This document shows, one piece after another, positions 12,633 to 27,375 of a stretch of DNA of 64,000 nucleotides. The position numbers and the translations under genes were made by a program. The notes beneath the pieces were generated by a model that was not told the origin of the DNA, did not search any database, and saw nothing but the letters and a program-made list of their open reading frames with translations. This DNA comes from Eledone cirrhosa (lineage: Eukaryota): positions 279,062,001 to 279,126,000 of the forward strand of contig OZ024743.1 of NCBI GenBank assembly GCA_964016885.1. The letters run 5' to 3'. The first letter of the stretch is position 1, and each line of letters begins with the position of its first letter.

Positions 12633-14010
12633 TTAAAAAAAATATTGACTTTTCAACAAGAAAAAAATTTTTTTTTTGGTTTAACTATTTCGCCTAAAGG
12701 CGTAGAATATTTTGAGAGACTGACCAGATCAAAGTTTGACCTGGCAGTCCCTCTACAAAATGGTACAAAAATTAAAGTTAACAGACAAGAATTTCTATAG
12801 AAATTTAAACAGAACTTACTCAGCAAGTTATACGCGTGTGTCCTTAGACAGATAGATAGAGATAGATAGATGGATAGATACATAGATACATACATACATA
12901 CATTCGGAGTTGCAAGAAGAAAGTGAACTGTGTTTTGAGGCTTTAAGAACCATTTATAGAAATATAGAGAGACCTGGCTAGAAAGAAAGATCTCGTAAAA
13001 GAGAAGAAAAAAATTCTATGGATTGAGAAATAGACAGGGAAGGAATTTGAATGAAGTGGGGTTAAGGATAACAGGAATTTGAGAGCATGAGAGAGGTAGA
13101 AGATTTTGTGAAAATGATAAGTGAGACAAAAAGTTGAAAAGGAGAAAGAGAGAGACAATAGAAAGGTTCAATATGGAAAATATATTAAAAGATTTAGATA
13201 GACGGTAGCGAAATAATGGAGAGTGGTAGGAGTTGAAAGCGATACATATGGGAGAAAAATTTTATACGATTATATTGACATGATCTATATGTGGTACGTT
13301 TTGGTATGGAGCTCAAATGATATTTCAGATCCATTTCATTTCAAAATAAAAAATTAACTTTATGACTTCCCATTTCTGTCCTCTAAAAAATATATAACTT
13401 TCGTTTCAATCTATGTAATCATAGGAAAATATCTTCAGTATTTCGAGTCTAAAAAATTTCGAAATCAAAATGTAGTGAGCCCTGACCTTACATAAGGAAA
13501 GAAAGCATTTATCCCCATATCGGCATAACTGACACCACGGCTAGAATTAACTCTGAGCGCCTATTCACAAAGCATTTAGCCAACGTCCTTAATCATCATA
13601 TTTTGTCGGCACCCTTATTCGCAACAATTCAAACTTGATATATAAGTTTATATTAATGGACGAGAAAAAGAATCAAGTAACTTGCCGCAAGGGCATATAT
13701 CAAATATAATTTTAAATGGTGTTATTAAATTACCTGCAGGCTGGGGGAAATCTCACGAGTGTAAGAATGTGTATTTAGTTTCCAATTGCACGGAGCAGAA
13801 TGATAAGTACTCACTAAAATCTAAAAACACAAAATTGGGGTTTCAAAGTAGAATTTACTGGTATATGTTGTTCCGGTGAAAACATGAACTCAGAGTTCGC
13901 TGTTCTTGTGGCACCTCCACTCAGGGGCTCCTGACTAAGTAGACTCTTCTGATCACATCCCGCATGAGGTAATTACTGAAATATAAGTATAGGGGAAGGA
14001 TAATGAGATG

Positions 14011-14069
<59 letters not shown>

Positions 14070-14096
14070 TATATTTATATATAGGTATATATATAT

Positions 14097-14176
<80 letters not shown>

Positions 14177-14194
14177 CATCTCATTATCCTTCCC

Positions 14195-14413
14195 AAGTAC
14201 TCAATACTTAGAGTAGTAGAGTGGGAAATGGGAAAAAGTATGACCCCCGACGACAGAGCTCTTGCCGTTTCGACGGCTATTTCCAGAAATAGTCGTCGAA
14301 ACGGCTTGAGCTCTGCCGTCGGGGAATACTTTTTCCTATTTTCCACTATACTACCCTAAGTACGTACTCTGGTGCGTTATGGTTCATCTGGTTCCTTACC
14401 ACAATTCCTTTGT
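14195..14413. mobile_element. Family A head-to-head inverted pair
   Basis: About 90-bp diverged inverted arms centred near 14283, with the family tail on the right. Confidence 0.7.
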
Positions 14414-14429
14414 TATATATATATATATT

Positions 14430-14840
14430 TATTAAAATAACAGATTAAAGTTTAAGCATAGAATCGCTGCTTTCACCCTCAACGGGATCTTCTGAAACTA
14501 AAAAAGTCAATCTGTGAACGCAGAAGTAAATATATTAAAACACTTTGCAACCGGAGGAAGACAGGAAGGCGTTACTTTGGTTCGTGGAAACGTTCCATGG
14601 CAAAGAACGGAAAAAAACGAAGATAATACGTCATTATTTTAGCGGAAAACAATTACACACAAAGAAAAAACCACGTTTATGGTATAAATGAAGTCGTAGA
14701 CTAATATTCTATTAAGTGGTTCATGGAGACCTTCTCTGGCAATGAACGGATAAATATTTGCTCTACGCTTCTTATATATTTTATATATATTTATCCTTAT
14801 CGAGCCGTCTTTGGATTTTAGTCTTCAAATTTATTATTAT

Positions 14841-14845
<5 letters not shown>
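14430..14845 (-). mobile_element. Repeat family B with variant hammerhead (CAGAAGA core, 14440-14515)
   Basis: Both ends recur at 17776-17970 and 33132-33412. The minus strand folds as a type I hammerhead. Confidence 0.6.
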
Positions 14846-14890
<45 letters not shown>

Positions 14891-15137
14891 ATACCGCGCC
14901 CATCCGACTCTATCAGGAATCACGAGATAAAAAGAAGATGAAAGATATATATATAGAGAAGTATAGAATGCGGCGAGCGAAGACCACAAATCAGCGATGT
15001 ACGCGACACCTGGTAAGATGTGGAGTGAGTATATTGTGAAAGTAGGAGATCGAACGTGATCCCTTGCGGATTCGGTTAGCTATCTTCTCATGATAAGGTA
15101 TCTAGACAAATCCACTGTCGATCTTTTACCTTCACTA

Positions 15138-15183
<46 letters not shown>

Positions 15184-15282
15184 GTGTGTGTGCGTGTGTG
15201 TGCATATGCATATGCATATATATTTCAAATAATATAGCTGATAAAATCATTCATATATCCATATTAATTTGTAAATGTACAC

Positions 15283-15359
<77 letters not shown>

Positions 15360-15369
15360 CATATATATA

Positions 15370-16690
15370 TTTCAAATAAAATGGGCGACAAATCCATTCA
15401 TTATTTGTAGTGATTTTTGAATAGATATTTAATACAAAGAGGCATGTTAGAATGATAAGGAAGTTATATAATGAAATTGACTTAGGTTTTGTATTAAATG
15501 TATAGTGTTACGATATGCATATTGTTTAGCTTTGTCGTTATACAATTGCATAAAATATAAAATCTGGCAAATTCATTGTAATATACAATAGCGGAAGGAA
15601 GGTATTAGGGCTTTATTTATTAGTATAATTACATTTACATAAATATTAATATTTTTAGTTGTTTATTTGCATATTTGTCAACAGATTTACGTTTGAGAAT
15701 AAACGTTTCGCAGCAAGGTTCAGGTAAGTGAAAAGTAGTGGAACATATATTATTACGAAAGTTATTAAGTTGGTTTTGTAACTTAACAGTAACAGTCAGA
15801 TATAGATTGTTAAAGAACGGATATATGTTTTGTTTTCTACAGATAGTTCAAAAGGAAATTAATTGTCATAGGTTTGTCTGGTAGGCAACAAAGGAGTGAT
15901 ACATCAGAATTGACGGAAAAGTTGTGTTAATATTAAGTATGTAGTGGAACAGATTTAGTGCTGTTGTAGGGTAAACTATTAAATGCTAAAACTTCATTTA
16001 GTTTCATTGAACAAGATATGTGAGTTGGAATGTGGGAATAAATTTAATTTTATTTAGTGGAAAGGAAGACAATACAAGCAGATTCAATGAATGTTAGGAT
16101 TATTATTAGTGATAACAAAATGGTGGATAAATCCATTCACTATTTGTAGTGACTTTGATTAGATAACATCTAATACAAAGAAGCTTATTAGAATGATAAG
16201 GAAGTTACATAATGAAATTGACTTAAGTTTTGTACTTTGTGCAAATCCATCTTTGAAGTCAGCTAGTGTATCCTGCAGAATATTGAATTTACAATTCATG
16301 TAGGGGTGACTTTTAGTCAGAATCTTATTAGGACATGAAATGATGGTGGTGCATAAAATATAGGAGCTGAAAATGCTATCATGTACAAAATTCAATTCAT
16401 CATGCCCGTTTATTAAAATGTTACATTCATTCCATTTTTCTGTTTATACCGCTGATGAAAATGGAAGGAAAGAGCCAGCTTCGAACTATTGAATATACTT
16501 TACACATGTATTGAGTACTTTCTCTCCATCGAACAACTCTCTTCCTGTATTATTCAACACATGCTCACAGAAAGTCATAATATTTCTCGCCATCATGATG
16601 TTGCGAGTATGTAGTGAGTTGGCGGAGGTAAGGGTGCAGTCAGGGATACACAATGAAGATTTCTTTTTGATCTTACTGATTTTTATGTTA
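15370..16690 (-). pseudogene. Heavily decayed L1/Tx1-like RT remnant with an internal ~120-bp diverged duplication (15380-15495 and 16120-16236)
   Basis: Minus-strand peptide NIMMARNIMTFCEHVLNNTGRELFDGEKVL resembles the DN...LDxEKAFD region of L1-type RT. The duplication is directly visible. Confidence 0.3.
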
Positions 16691-17530
16691 ATTAATTAAT
16701 AAAAAGTGAAAAAATATGGCACACACACACAAAAACACTCACACTCACTCACATACCAAAAACAAACCACACACATACTACGAATAGAAGCATACACATT
16801 CATGCCATCACACACAATTACATAGTCATGCATATACATTTGCATTCAAACTCACACCTAACGTGCATTCAAACTCACACCTAACTGCAACATACACACA
16901 CACACAGACAGATATACACCTACGTAAAACCACATACACATATGCACAAACATATTTAAACACACAACACACACCTACTTAATTCATGCTAGACACTCAT
17001 GCACATAACCGTAAATAGACATATACATTAAAACATACATTCAGACGCACACAGGAATTACAGCAAACACACACGTTCATACGCACACACATACACACAA
17101 ATTATTGGTAACACATTCACACACATAACCACATATATATCCATATACCTTAAAACACATTCAAACCCTCATCAAAACTACAATAAATGCACACATATAC
17201 ACACCCACACTCACACACAATTTGAATTATGAATTTTTTCTTAACAAAATGAAAAAAATGACTATCAAATTTAATAATGCATTTTACTTTTAATTAAAAG
17301 ACTGAAAACTAAATAAAATATAATAATAATGAAAATGAAAATTAAATGAAGTCAAAAGGAGGATATCAGGGTAGAGTGTGGGCTGATTAAAATAAAATAA
17401 AGAAAAGCAAAAATAAAAGGAAAAGATACTTCAACCATGCGCCACTACTTCATTAGTTTTCTGAAACACTTTAGGTGTTTTGTTCTAAATAGATAATAAC
17501 TACAATGTACACATACATACATGTAGGCCC

Positions 17531-17587
<57 letters not shown>

Positions 17588-17597
17588 ATATATATAA

Positions 17598-17673
<76 letters not shown>

Positions 17674-17674
17674 C

Positions 17675-17970
<296 letters not shown>

Positions 17971-18001
17971 ATTTCAAAAAACTCGGTGAATCCATACGTA
18001 C

Positions 18002-18530
<529 letters not shown>

Positions 18531-18645
18531 TACGTATGGATTCACGGAACATTTATTATAATGCTCGGTGTGTTTGTAAACAAACATCCCGTATTAAGCC
18601 GTAGTGTCTAGCAACCATCGTTGCTCATTGGTTCAACACTGACAA

Positions 18646-18702
18646 AGGAACGCTGTACTAGTTTCAAGCTTAAGAGCTATCGTCAGCAACGTATACCTTC
18701 CT
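18646..18702 (-). ncRNA. Minimal type I hammerhead ribozyme
   Basis: Minus strand reads acgttg CTGACGA t agct ctta agct t GAAAC ta GTA cagcgt. Stem I is 6 bp, extended by agga/tcct. Stem III is the palindrome ACTAGT. Confidence 0.8.
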
Positions 18703-19090
18703 GCCAGATTGTTGAACGTATATATTTACCTTATGCATATTAACGACTGAGTAGCCAATTTACATATCGAGTGGGTTAATAGGCCGGGCGCACCGAAAAC
18801 GATAAACGGAAAAAATGAAACGAAATTTCATTTCCCACTCTTAGTACGGCTGTTACTTAAATATGTTTGTTTACAAACACACCGAGCATTATAATAAATG
18901 TTCGGTGAATCCATACGTACATATATATATGTGTGTGCATGTATGTATATATATATATACATACTACTGTACGTCTGTATACATATATGTATGTACGTGT
19001 ACATACTTATATTTAAGTAACAGCCGTACTAAGAGTGGAAAATGAAATTTCGTTTCATTTTTTCCGTTTATGTATATATATATAAATATA

Positions 19091-19220
<130 letters not shown>

Positions 19221-19374
19221 AATATGTATATGTATATGTATATATATATTTGTGTCTATATATATATATGTATATATATATATATACATATATATACATA
19301 TATATATGTGTATGTATATATATATATATACATGTATATATATATATATATATGTATATAAGTATATGTAAATA

Positions 19375-19461
<87 letters not shown>

Positions 19462-19494
19462 ATGTAAATATATATATATATATATATATATATT

Positions 19495-19690
19495 AGTTAA
19501 AAGGAAATGAAAATGCTGACAAATTTTTCCCAGTGAAAAATAGTTTAATTAGGAAGAATTATAAATAAGTAATAAGTATTAGTTAGTATTCAGTTATAGT
19601 TTTAAATTGTTACCGGTTGCGCATTTCTTATGCTTCTCAAAAATATTTGAGATAGAGTGCTCGTGACTTTTGCTCTAACCTGATCAGTTT
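19495..19690. repeat. Interspersed repeat family C (inverted homologue at 35425-35612)
   Basis: Shared aaaatgctgacaaatt..cagtgaaaaatagtttaattagga..ttaccggttgcgcatttc..tgagatagag. Confidence 0.6.
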
Positions 19691-20009
19691 TGGACATTCT
19701 TCCTGTTTTATGTGAAAAAAGTGACTTGGGAGATATATATGTGTGTGTGAGTGTGTGTGTGCGTATATATATACTAACATGCATACATACATAATACATA
19801 CACAAGCATAAAGGGACACGCACATACATACACAAACACACCCACATTTATTTCATATATATGTGCTCATGAGATCTTGTATTGAAGTGTGTGGTGCATT
19901 ATTATTTTTTTCATTCTTTCTGATTAAGTGATGCTTCTCTTTCTGACAATATACTTGATGCAGTTGTTGTTGCTAGTCATGTTGATTTATTGTTGTGCTG
20001 TTAATGCTT

Positions 20010-20095
20010 TGTTGTTGTTGTTATTGTTGTTGCTGCTGCTGCTGTTGTTGTTGTTGTTGTTGTTGTTGTTCTTGTTGTTGTTGCTGTTGTTGTTC

Positions 20096-20136
<41 letters not shown>

Positions 20137-20186
20137 CTTCTTCTTCTTCTTCTTCTTCTTCTTCTTCTTCTTCTTCTTCTTCTTCC
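20010..20186. repeat. (TTG)n(TTC)n microsatellite
   Basis: Directly visible. Confidence 0.95.
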
Positions 20187-20921
20187 TCTCCTCTCCTCCT
20201 CCCCCCGCCTCCTCTCAGTAGTCCGTGGTCTTTGGTTAAGACTAATATGTTTTCTGTAGATTATTGACAGTAACCTGTAATATATAAAGTGTCTAGTAGT
20301 GCTATTTTTCTCACTGTCACGCATATTACTTTGTACTGCGCTATATCCGCTTATTTTTAATCATTCCAAAGTTCCTAATGAATTTAGGAATTATTTCTGT
20401 TTTCCTGCTTAGCATTCGGGCTGTACATACTTCAGTAACCTCTTTACGTTTTTAGGTACATTCTCGTTTAAAGGGATTAATAATTTGTTGAGGAGGAATC
20501 CATATTGTGTGAAGGGAGTCCACCCATCTTCTTTCCAGTTAATTTGTATTCGTCAGCCCTTTTCAGGTCAAAATAACATGAGGGAGGCGAACGGATATCA
20601 CACTGTTAAAGCGCTAACATATGATTACAAGAGATATAAGATACTTGCAGGATATTCTGGTAAAATGCATACCACTAATCTACTGGCAACTGCTCATGAG
20701 CTACCAATATCATATGGGCCTTTTTCTACCGTCTGTGGTACCCAAATGTCTGTCTGAGACGCTCGGGACGGAAAGATTGCGGGAATTGAAACTAACATGT
20801 GCGAAGGGTGACCAGTGTTATGGTCATGTAACGAATATTCTCTTGTTTGTGACTGACTGAACTATATATTGTCATTTTTGTAGTTTACTTGAAGCATTGA
20901 ACATGGTATAGAGAATTCGAA

Positions 20922-21212
20922 GTTTGAAAGCCACTACAATATGGGTTTGGACAGAGAATAATTAAATCGTAAGAAACAGGGCTTGTTTTTTTTACCTTAA
21001 TTTATTCATATGTCCTGATATTTCGAGATTAACATCTCTTCTTCCGTGGAAAATAAAGGAAATATTCCAGTGTCCGATGTGGCTTGCTATACCATGCTAT
21101 ATTAATCTCGAAATATCAGGACATATGAATAAATCATGATGAAAAAACAAGGCCCTATTTCTTACGATTTAAATGTTCTCTGTCGAAACCTGCATTGTCG
21201 TGGCTTTCAAAC
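20922..21212. mobile_element. Head-to-head inverted duplication with hammerhead remnants
   Basis: About 110-bp diverged arms (20922-21032 and 21102-21212). Each carries atctc GAAATATC aggaca..AATAAA. The left arm (-) keeps a CGGAAGA core. Confidence 0.55.
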
Positions 21213-22108
21213 ATCAAATCCTTTATGTATTTTGTTGTTTTCTTTCAATTATAACTTATAACTGTTTTATATATAGTCAACTAATTATTTTGTATAATGC
21301 TAACATTTTCAATAACTGAATATGTTGTGCAATGTTTCAGCCCCACGTCTTTGTGTTTATATAGTTTTTATGCACGTTCTCTTATAATTCTGTACGACCT
21401 CAATAACAGGTCGTATGACTGAATAAATTGTGAACGTTATCTGTATGCAACATTAGTATTTTTATTGCGTGCTTTAATCACATTACCGAGTGTTGCTCTG
21501 GGTATGTGCAGTGTTTCGCTGCATTTATGCATTTCCCATTCTATTGACATCATTGTACGTAATATGTGTGGGCAATGCTACCTAGTTGCATTTCTCTCTA
21601 TTTCTCTCTCTATTTCTCTCTCTCTTTCTCTCTCTCACTCTCGCTTTCTCTCTTTCTCTTTCTGATGAGCCTATTTGTAATTCATGGGGTTTTGTCTGCT
21701 TCAGTATATAATTATTCCCACAGCACCTATTATAAGAGGTATAGTTTATGTTTACAGACGACGCATGATGATGTACATCATATCTTCATTATCATCATCA
21801 TTAACATCTTCTTCACATCATCGTTATTATAATTACAATATATTCAGTCAAATACCCTAAATAAAAAACACCAACAAGAAAATTAGTATAAGAGGAAATA
21901 AGTAAATAACTGCAATAAGTAAATCGATAAAACTATGCTATTGAAAGTTAATGTTAGCTCCATGGTAATTATTTAGTGACGTTTCCGATTTTTAACGTTT
22001 CACCGATATCGACTTTTTTTGTTTTTTTGTTAGTAATGAATGCGTTATTAGTCTCATTTTACACTGTCGTGATCTGCACCTTTTTTTATATGTTAGTGGT
22101 AGTACATA

Positions 22109-22222
<114 letters not shown>

Positions 22223-22600
22223 TGGACGTAAATAAGAGAAGAAACCCTTCATCAGCTGTTAACTGCAGATCATAGATGTTTCGGCGCTTAAAACAGAACA
22301 TCGAAATCGATCAGTAGCGCGCCCAAGGCCTTTTATCAATCGAAATGCCATGAGGGAAATAAAAGATAGAGAAGAGAGAGGAAGAAAGAGAAAAAAGGAA
22401 GGAGTTAAAAAAACGAAGTAAACAAACCAAATAGAGGGGAACAGAGGAAAATGGCACATGCAAGTGAGTAACCGAGGAGAAAATAGAATAAGTTTCAACG
22501 AACCGATTGGACTTAAGTCCTACGGTCATATAACTGCGGCAAAACATCTATGATCTGCAGTTAACAGCTGATGAAGTGTTTCTTTTCTTGTTTACGTCCA
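22223..22600. mobile_element. Element bounded by ~60-bp inverted repeats containing CTGATGAAG
   Basis: 22223-22281 is the reverse complement of 22542-22600 with few mismatches. Flanked by microsatellites. Confidence 0.55.
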
Positions 22601-22616
22601 TATTACCATCTTACAC

Positions 22617-22647
<31 letters not shown>

Positions 22648-22655
22648 TGAGAGAG

Positions 22656-23230
22656 AGGTATATGGTCTTTAAAGCGATGAAATACCAATGAAGGTTGGAA
22701 GATCACTGATGAAGGACTAATTTTATTCATATGTAATCCAATTGCAACCACGCAGAACGCCATGTTTTCATATATTTCCTCCGCTGTGACCCGTCTGTTT
22801 CTTTCTTACTGCTTCGCCTTTTCTCTGTATCTCTCACTTCCTTTTACCCCCTCTACCAGTCACTCTCTCTGTTAGCCTCTTCCTCACACTTTCACTCACT
22901 CACTTTCTGCTACTCCCCCCTCCTACGAGATTCTTTCCTCACTCACACTTCGACCAGGTCGGATGGTCTTTATTCTCTCTCGTCTACGATTTCACAGAAC
23001 TTATGTTCATCGTTTTCCGGGATTTGACTCCTTTTCCTCACTTTTCGTTGCATTACCATCTTTGTTTATTTACTGTCTCGCTCGTTCCCCCTATTTACGT
23101 GTCCCAACGACTTTCTTTAGCCGTTGTTCGCACCAACCGGAGGTATATGATCTTTAAATCGATGAAATACCAATGAAGGCTGGAAGATCACTGATGAAGG
23201 ACGCAGCACGCCATGTTTTCATATTTTTCC
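22656..23230 (+). mobile_element. Element with terminal direct repeats (pseudo-LTR-like)
   Basis: ggtatatg.tctttaaa.cgatgaaataccaatgaagg.tggaagatcactgatgaaggac occurs at 22657-22716 and 23142-23202. Confidence 0.5.
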
Positions 23231-23557
23231 TATATATATATATATACATGACGTCGCATAAAATTCTATGTAGCTTAATTCGTATAAATTAATGTTTTTT
23301 CTCTCATCTCTTACTCCACTAGACAGCGTTTGGATTGTGTCAGACGCTGTGATGTCGGGTGGACCAGCAGTACTGATGGTAAGGGTCAGAACTGCCAAAG
23401 TCTATCTCAAAGATCGATGAACCTGGAGTTCTGTGTCCTTCGTTTTTATTTTTATTTGTTTTAAATAATTTTTAATGTTCCCCTTAACAATTTATTTTCT
23501 GTGTTATGTTGATTCCATTCGTTGTCTTTCCCTCTATTTGTTAATTTTCTAAAGTTT

Positions 23558-23621
<64 letters not shown>

Positions 23622-23627
<6 letters not shown>

Positions 23628-23989
23628 CGAAGTAGTTTCAGATGTTAAAGTCCTTTATGGATAAGGATGTGATATATATTTTAATGACGATAGTGGTCAC
23701 GCGATTCCGTATACCCAGTGCCGAGATCTCATTCGACAGCTTCTTAATAAGACTACGTTCCCGAGGCAATCCAAATTAAAACGGACAAAGATGTGTTGTT
23801 TAAGCCTTTGCCCGTTCCCCTATGAGCCCTAATTCTCCTCCACAGCTTTGTACAGGCACATATGTGAAGGAAGTTGACCATCTAACTACAACCCAAAACA
23901 CGACGAAACACTGGCCACTAACGTCACTGAAATGTGTATCATAGCCTTATCAATAAAGGACTTTAACATCTGAAACTACTTCGCATTTT
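23622..23989. mobile_element. Element with ~45-bp inverted termini and a decayed hammerhead-like motif (~23855-23948, +)
   Basis: aaaatgcgaagtagtttcagatgttaaagtccttta and its reverse complement bound the element. GTGAAGG..gtcact GAAA tgtgta TC ata is followed by AATAAA. Confidence 0.45.
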
Positions 23990-26029
23990 CTTATTCTAAA
24001 TATACCCCGTTATTCCTATGTGGAAAATGTACGTACAGTGCTTTAATTGAATTGCATCAATATTTAGCGTAAGTATATATACACACACACACACATATAT
24101 ATATATATAGACAAAGTGTGCAAAGTGTGTTGTCATCGTTACTAATATTTTAATGTATGTCGTAGGGCTTTTCTGGATGGTCCGAAGACCGATTGAACTT
24201 TTCACTTTATCGTGTAAATATTACTCACAGTGTGTTAGTTCATACAATTGCATGTTGTTATTGTTCACTTGTATTAAGTAACCACTTTTCTTAGTGGAAA
24301 TGCGTTTGCAATACACACGCAGAGACAGATATATACACACACACACACACACACACAAACAAACAAACACACAAATAAACAAACACACGCACACACATAC
24401 ACACACACACAAACACACAAACAAACAAACACACACACACATACACACACACAAAAACACACGCACATATATATATGATTATTTTTATGATTATCTCATG
24501 CTGGCATGGGTTCGACGGGACCCCCCATGCACTGGATGGTGGTATGGTTGTAATGTAATATGTTTTATCTTCTTGGTGCAGTCGTATGATGAAAGGAGTC
24601 CATTCCAACTGTTATCATCCTGTAATTTTAAGTGCACCTTAACCCTTAGGTGCACACTACTCTATATTTATTATTGTATTTTCACAGAAAAGATTTTATA
24701 TCAAATAATTATCTTACATAATATCGAATCTAGATTTTGATATTTATTTTGAGAAACATACCTTAACGTCGGTATGAGGGGGTCAGTTACCACCGGTTTG
24801 AACAGAAAGAGGTAAGAGAATCCTGGCCGGATAATACTGTTTTGAATACTAAAGTGTTAAGATTATGTAATCTGTTGTCTTTCACATTTTACATATTGTA
24901 TAGAGGGATTGAAAAGATGATAAACCATCATTTTTATATTGAAATTTATGTACCCAGGTGACACCCCTACCATTGATACAGACAATTATTGTTGCAGTCT
25001 TTGAAGTTGGTATTTTTTCTTATTGTTGCCGTTATTTCTAACGTTGTCAAACCTATGTTGTTGATAATATTGTTTATGTTGTTAATATTGTCGTTGTTTT
25101 GGAGATTATTGATATTTTTGCCGCTGTTTTTCCTATTGTTTTATTGTTGTTATGAAGGTTGCCGCCACTTCTGTTGTTATTGTTATTGTTTACTGTTGTT
25201 GTAATGAAAATTGTTGTTATTAGTTTTGTTGTTGTTAGGTTGTTGATGATAGCATGGAACCTGTTGTTATACTCTTATGTTGCTATGATATTAAAAAAAT
25301 AATTTTGCTGCTGCTGTTGTTATGAGATTGTTGTTATTCCTGCTGCTGCTGCTGCTGTTGTTGTTGTTGTTGTTGTTGCTGTTGTTGTTGTTGTTGTTTT
25401 TGTTGTTGTTGTTGTTGTGCGTTGTTATTTTGATGTTTTAGTTGTTACGTTTATTCTTATGAAAAGTTTTCTTATATTTCTGTTGCTGCTGTTGCTGTTT
25501 ATATTATAATGTCTGCTGTTATTTCTCACGCTGTCATGTTTTCATCAGTTTCATTTGTTTCTCTCTTTGTACTTGTTGTTGTTGCTGATGTTGGTATTGT
25601 TACTATTGTTATTGTTACTAGTTGTTATGAAGTTTGTGAGTTTTTTCTGTGTTGCTATTGTTAATTTTGTTATTTCTGCTGTTAATTCTCAGGCTGTCAT
25701 TTTTTACCTACTCTTACTCCCCTCCTCCCAATTCCTCCCTCTCCTCTTCTCCTCCTTTTATCCTCTCCCCCATCCTCCCTCTCATCACCCCTCCCCCACA
25801 TCCTCCTTTTCCTCGTCCTCCTCGTCACCCTCCACTCTTTAATTTTCTTTTTTTCTTCCATTTTGTTTTGTTCCATTAAATTCTGAGTTCAAGACAACTT
25901 GTGATCATTCGGACTTTTAAATACTGAGGACTATAGTCCCCTCCAACTATATTTGGCTTTGTTACTATTTTAGAAATGAGAATCAATGTAATAAACCAGG
26001 TTGGGGCTTGTCAAGTGTCTGATCGGAGA

Positions 26030-27375
26030 AAAGATGTGCCCAATCTCGACCATGTTTATACACAACAAACACCGCCTAGTCTGATACATCATAAGGAGAA
26101 TAGAGATTAAAGCTGGCTTCGGTGGGGTTCTGATCAATTTGGATCTATCGAAAGATTTCGATAGAATCAACCATCGCTACTTGGAGGGTGTCCACAAAGC
26201 AGCCGGTTTTGTTCCCATCTTCAAAGGATGGATCGATTCAATGCATAGACTCCTGTACGGTGGTCATATTAAGGGCCACCTCTCGGTTTATCAAGGAATC
26301 CATCGTTCCTTCCTTTTGTATGTGCTGATATTCAAGCCACTATTGCAAAACTTGGACCTGTTGATGGGCATTCCACTCCAATTGAGACGTGGAAAGGCTG
26401 TGGACGCATATGTGGACGACCTCACTGTGATTGTGACAAATGCCTCGGTAATCGAGAAAGTCGGGAACTCCTTCGAAGAATACGACACGTTGAACAGTGC
26501 AAAAATTATACCCGAAAAGTCGATGGTTTTGCAGTTCAGTACCCAAAGAAGCAAGTCCATGACGTTCAATAATGAACCGGGGTTGTTGCCCCTTGTCAGA
26601 CGCACCTTTCCGCAGCTCCTCTCTTTGATTGAACTATGGTTGCGGATTAAGCCAAGACCAAGACTGGGTGCCTGGCATCTGGAATATTGTCAGGCGCCGC
26701 TTACAATCATCTACCAATCGGGCAACCCGGTCAGAGGAAACTCCGTTTTAAGGTTCTATAGAGGACTATTTGTGGATAAGATCGAGATTTTCTAGCCATC
26801 GACGAGAGCGTACTATCCAGTCTGTTCCTAGGATCTATGCAATCCCGACCAGGTCTACACACGACAAACTCTGCCTCACCTGATACATCATAGAGAGACA
26901 GTAGACAGTGAAACTGTCTTCGGTAGGTCTCTGATCAATTTGGATCAATCGAAAGTTTTCGATAAGGTTGACCATCACTGACCTGTCAGTGCTACTTGGG
27001 AGCACTGCCGGATCGAGACAAACTCTACAGGTATCGAATTGCGGTCAGAATGATCTGTCCAAGATCCGCACAGAGCGACGAAACTGTCCTGCACGCATTC
27101 ATCCAGTGTCCGGGTATTGCTGATTTGTTGAGTTTTGTCAAACAGCTATTGTCGCGTGTAGGATGAATCCGGCTACCAGCTCATTCTATTATGAAGATCA
27201 CCAAAACACCTTCTTTTGTCTGGTAAGGACAAAAAGTTATCCTCTGTCTTGTGGTTGTGACGGGAACGCAACTTAAAAAACTGAAGACAGACAATTTCCT
27301 CTTCGATCAAGCCCTAATCAACTTTTCCGAGTTCCACTTGGAAAGAAAGTTGAGAGTGTAGAGGGAAGTGCTGCT
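26030..27375 (+). pseudogene. Decayed Tx1-family ORF2 3' half with internal deletions and a duplication
   Basis: DLSKDFDRINHRYL..AAGFVPIFKGWI, AYVDD and RPRLGAWH align by eye to the ORF2 of the two younger Tx1 copies. Confidence 0.85.

Larger units (their letters stand above)
7139..12850 (-). mobile_element. Near full-length Tx1/L1-clade non-LTR retrotransposon (Tx1-A) inserted in (TATC)n
   Basis: ORF1 with zinc knuckle; ORF2 with APE endonuclease, RT and CCHC motif. The 3' end AATAAAAGAAAC is followed by atatctatctatcc, and the 5' flank is also (TATC)n. Confidence 0.93.
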
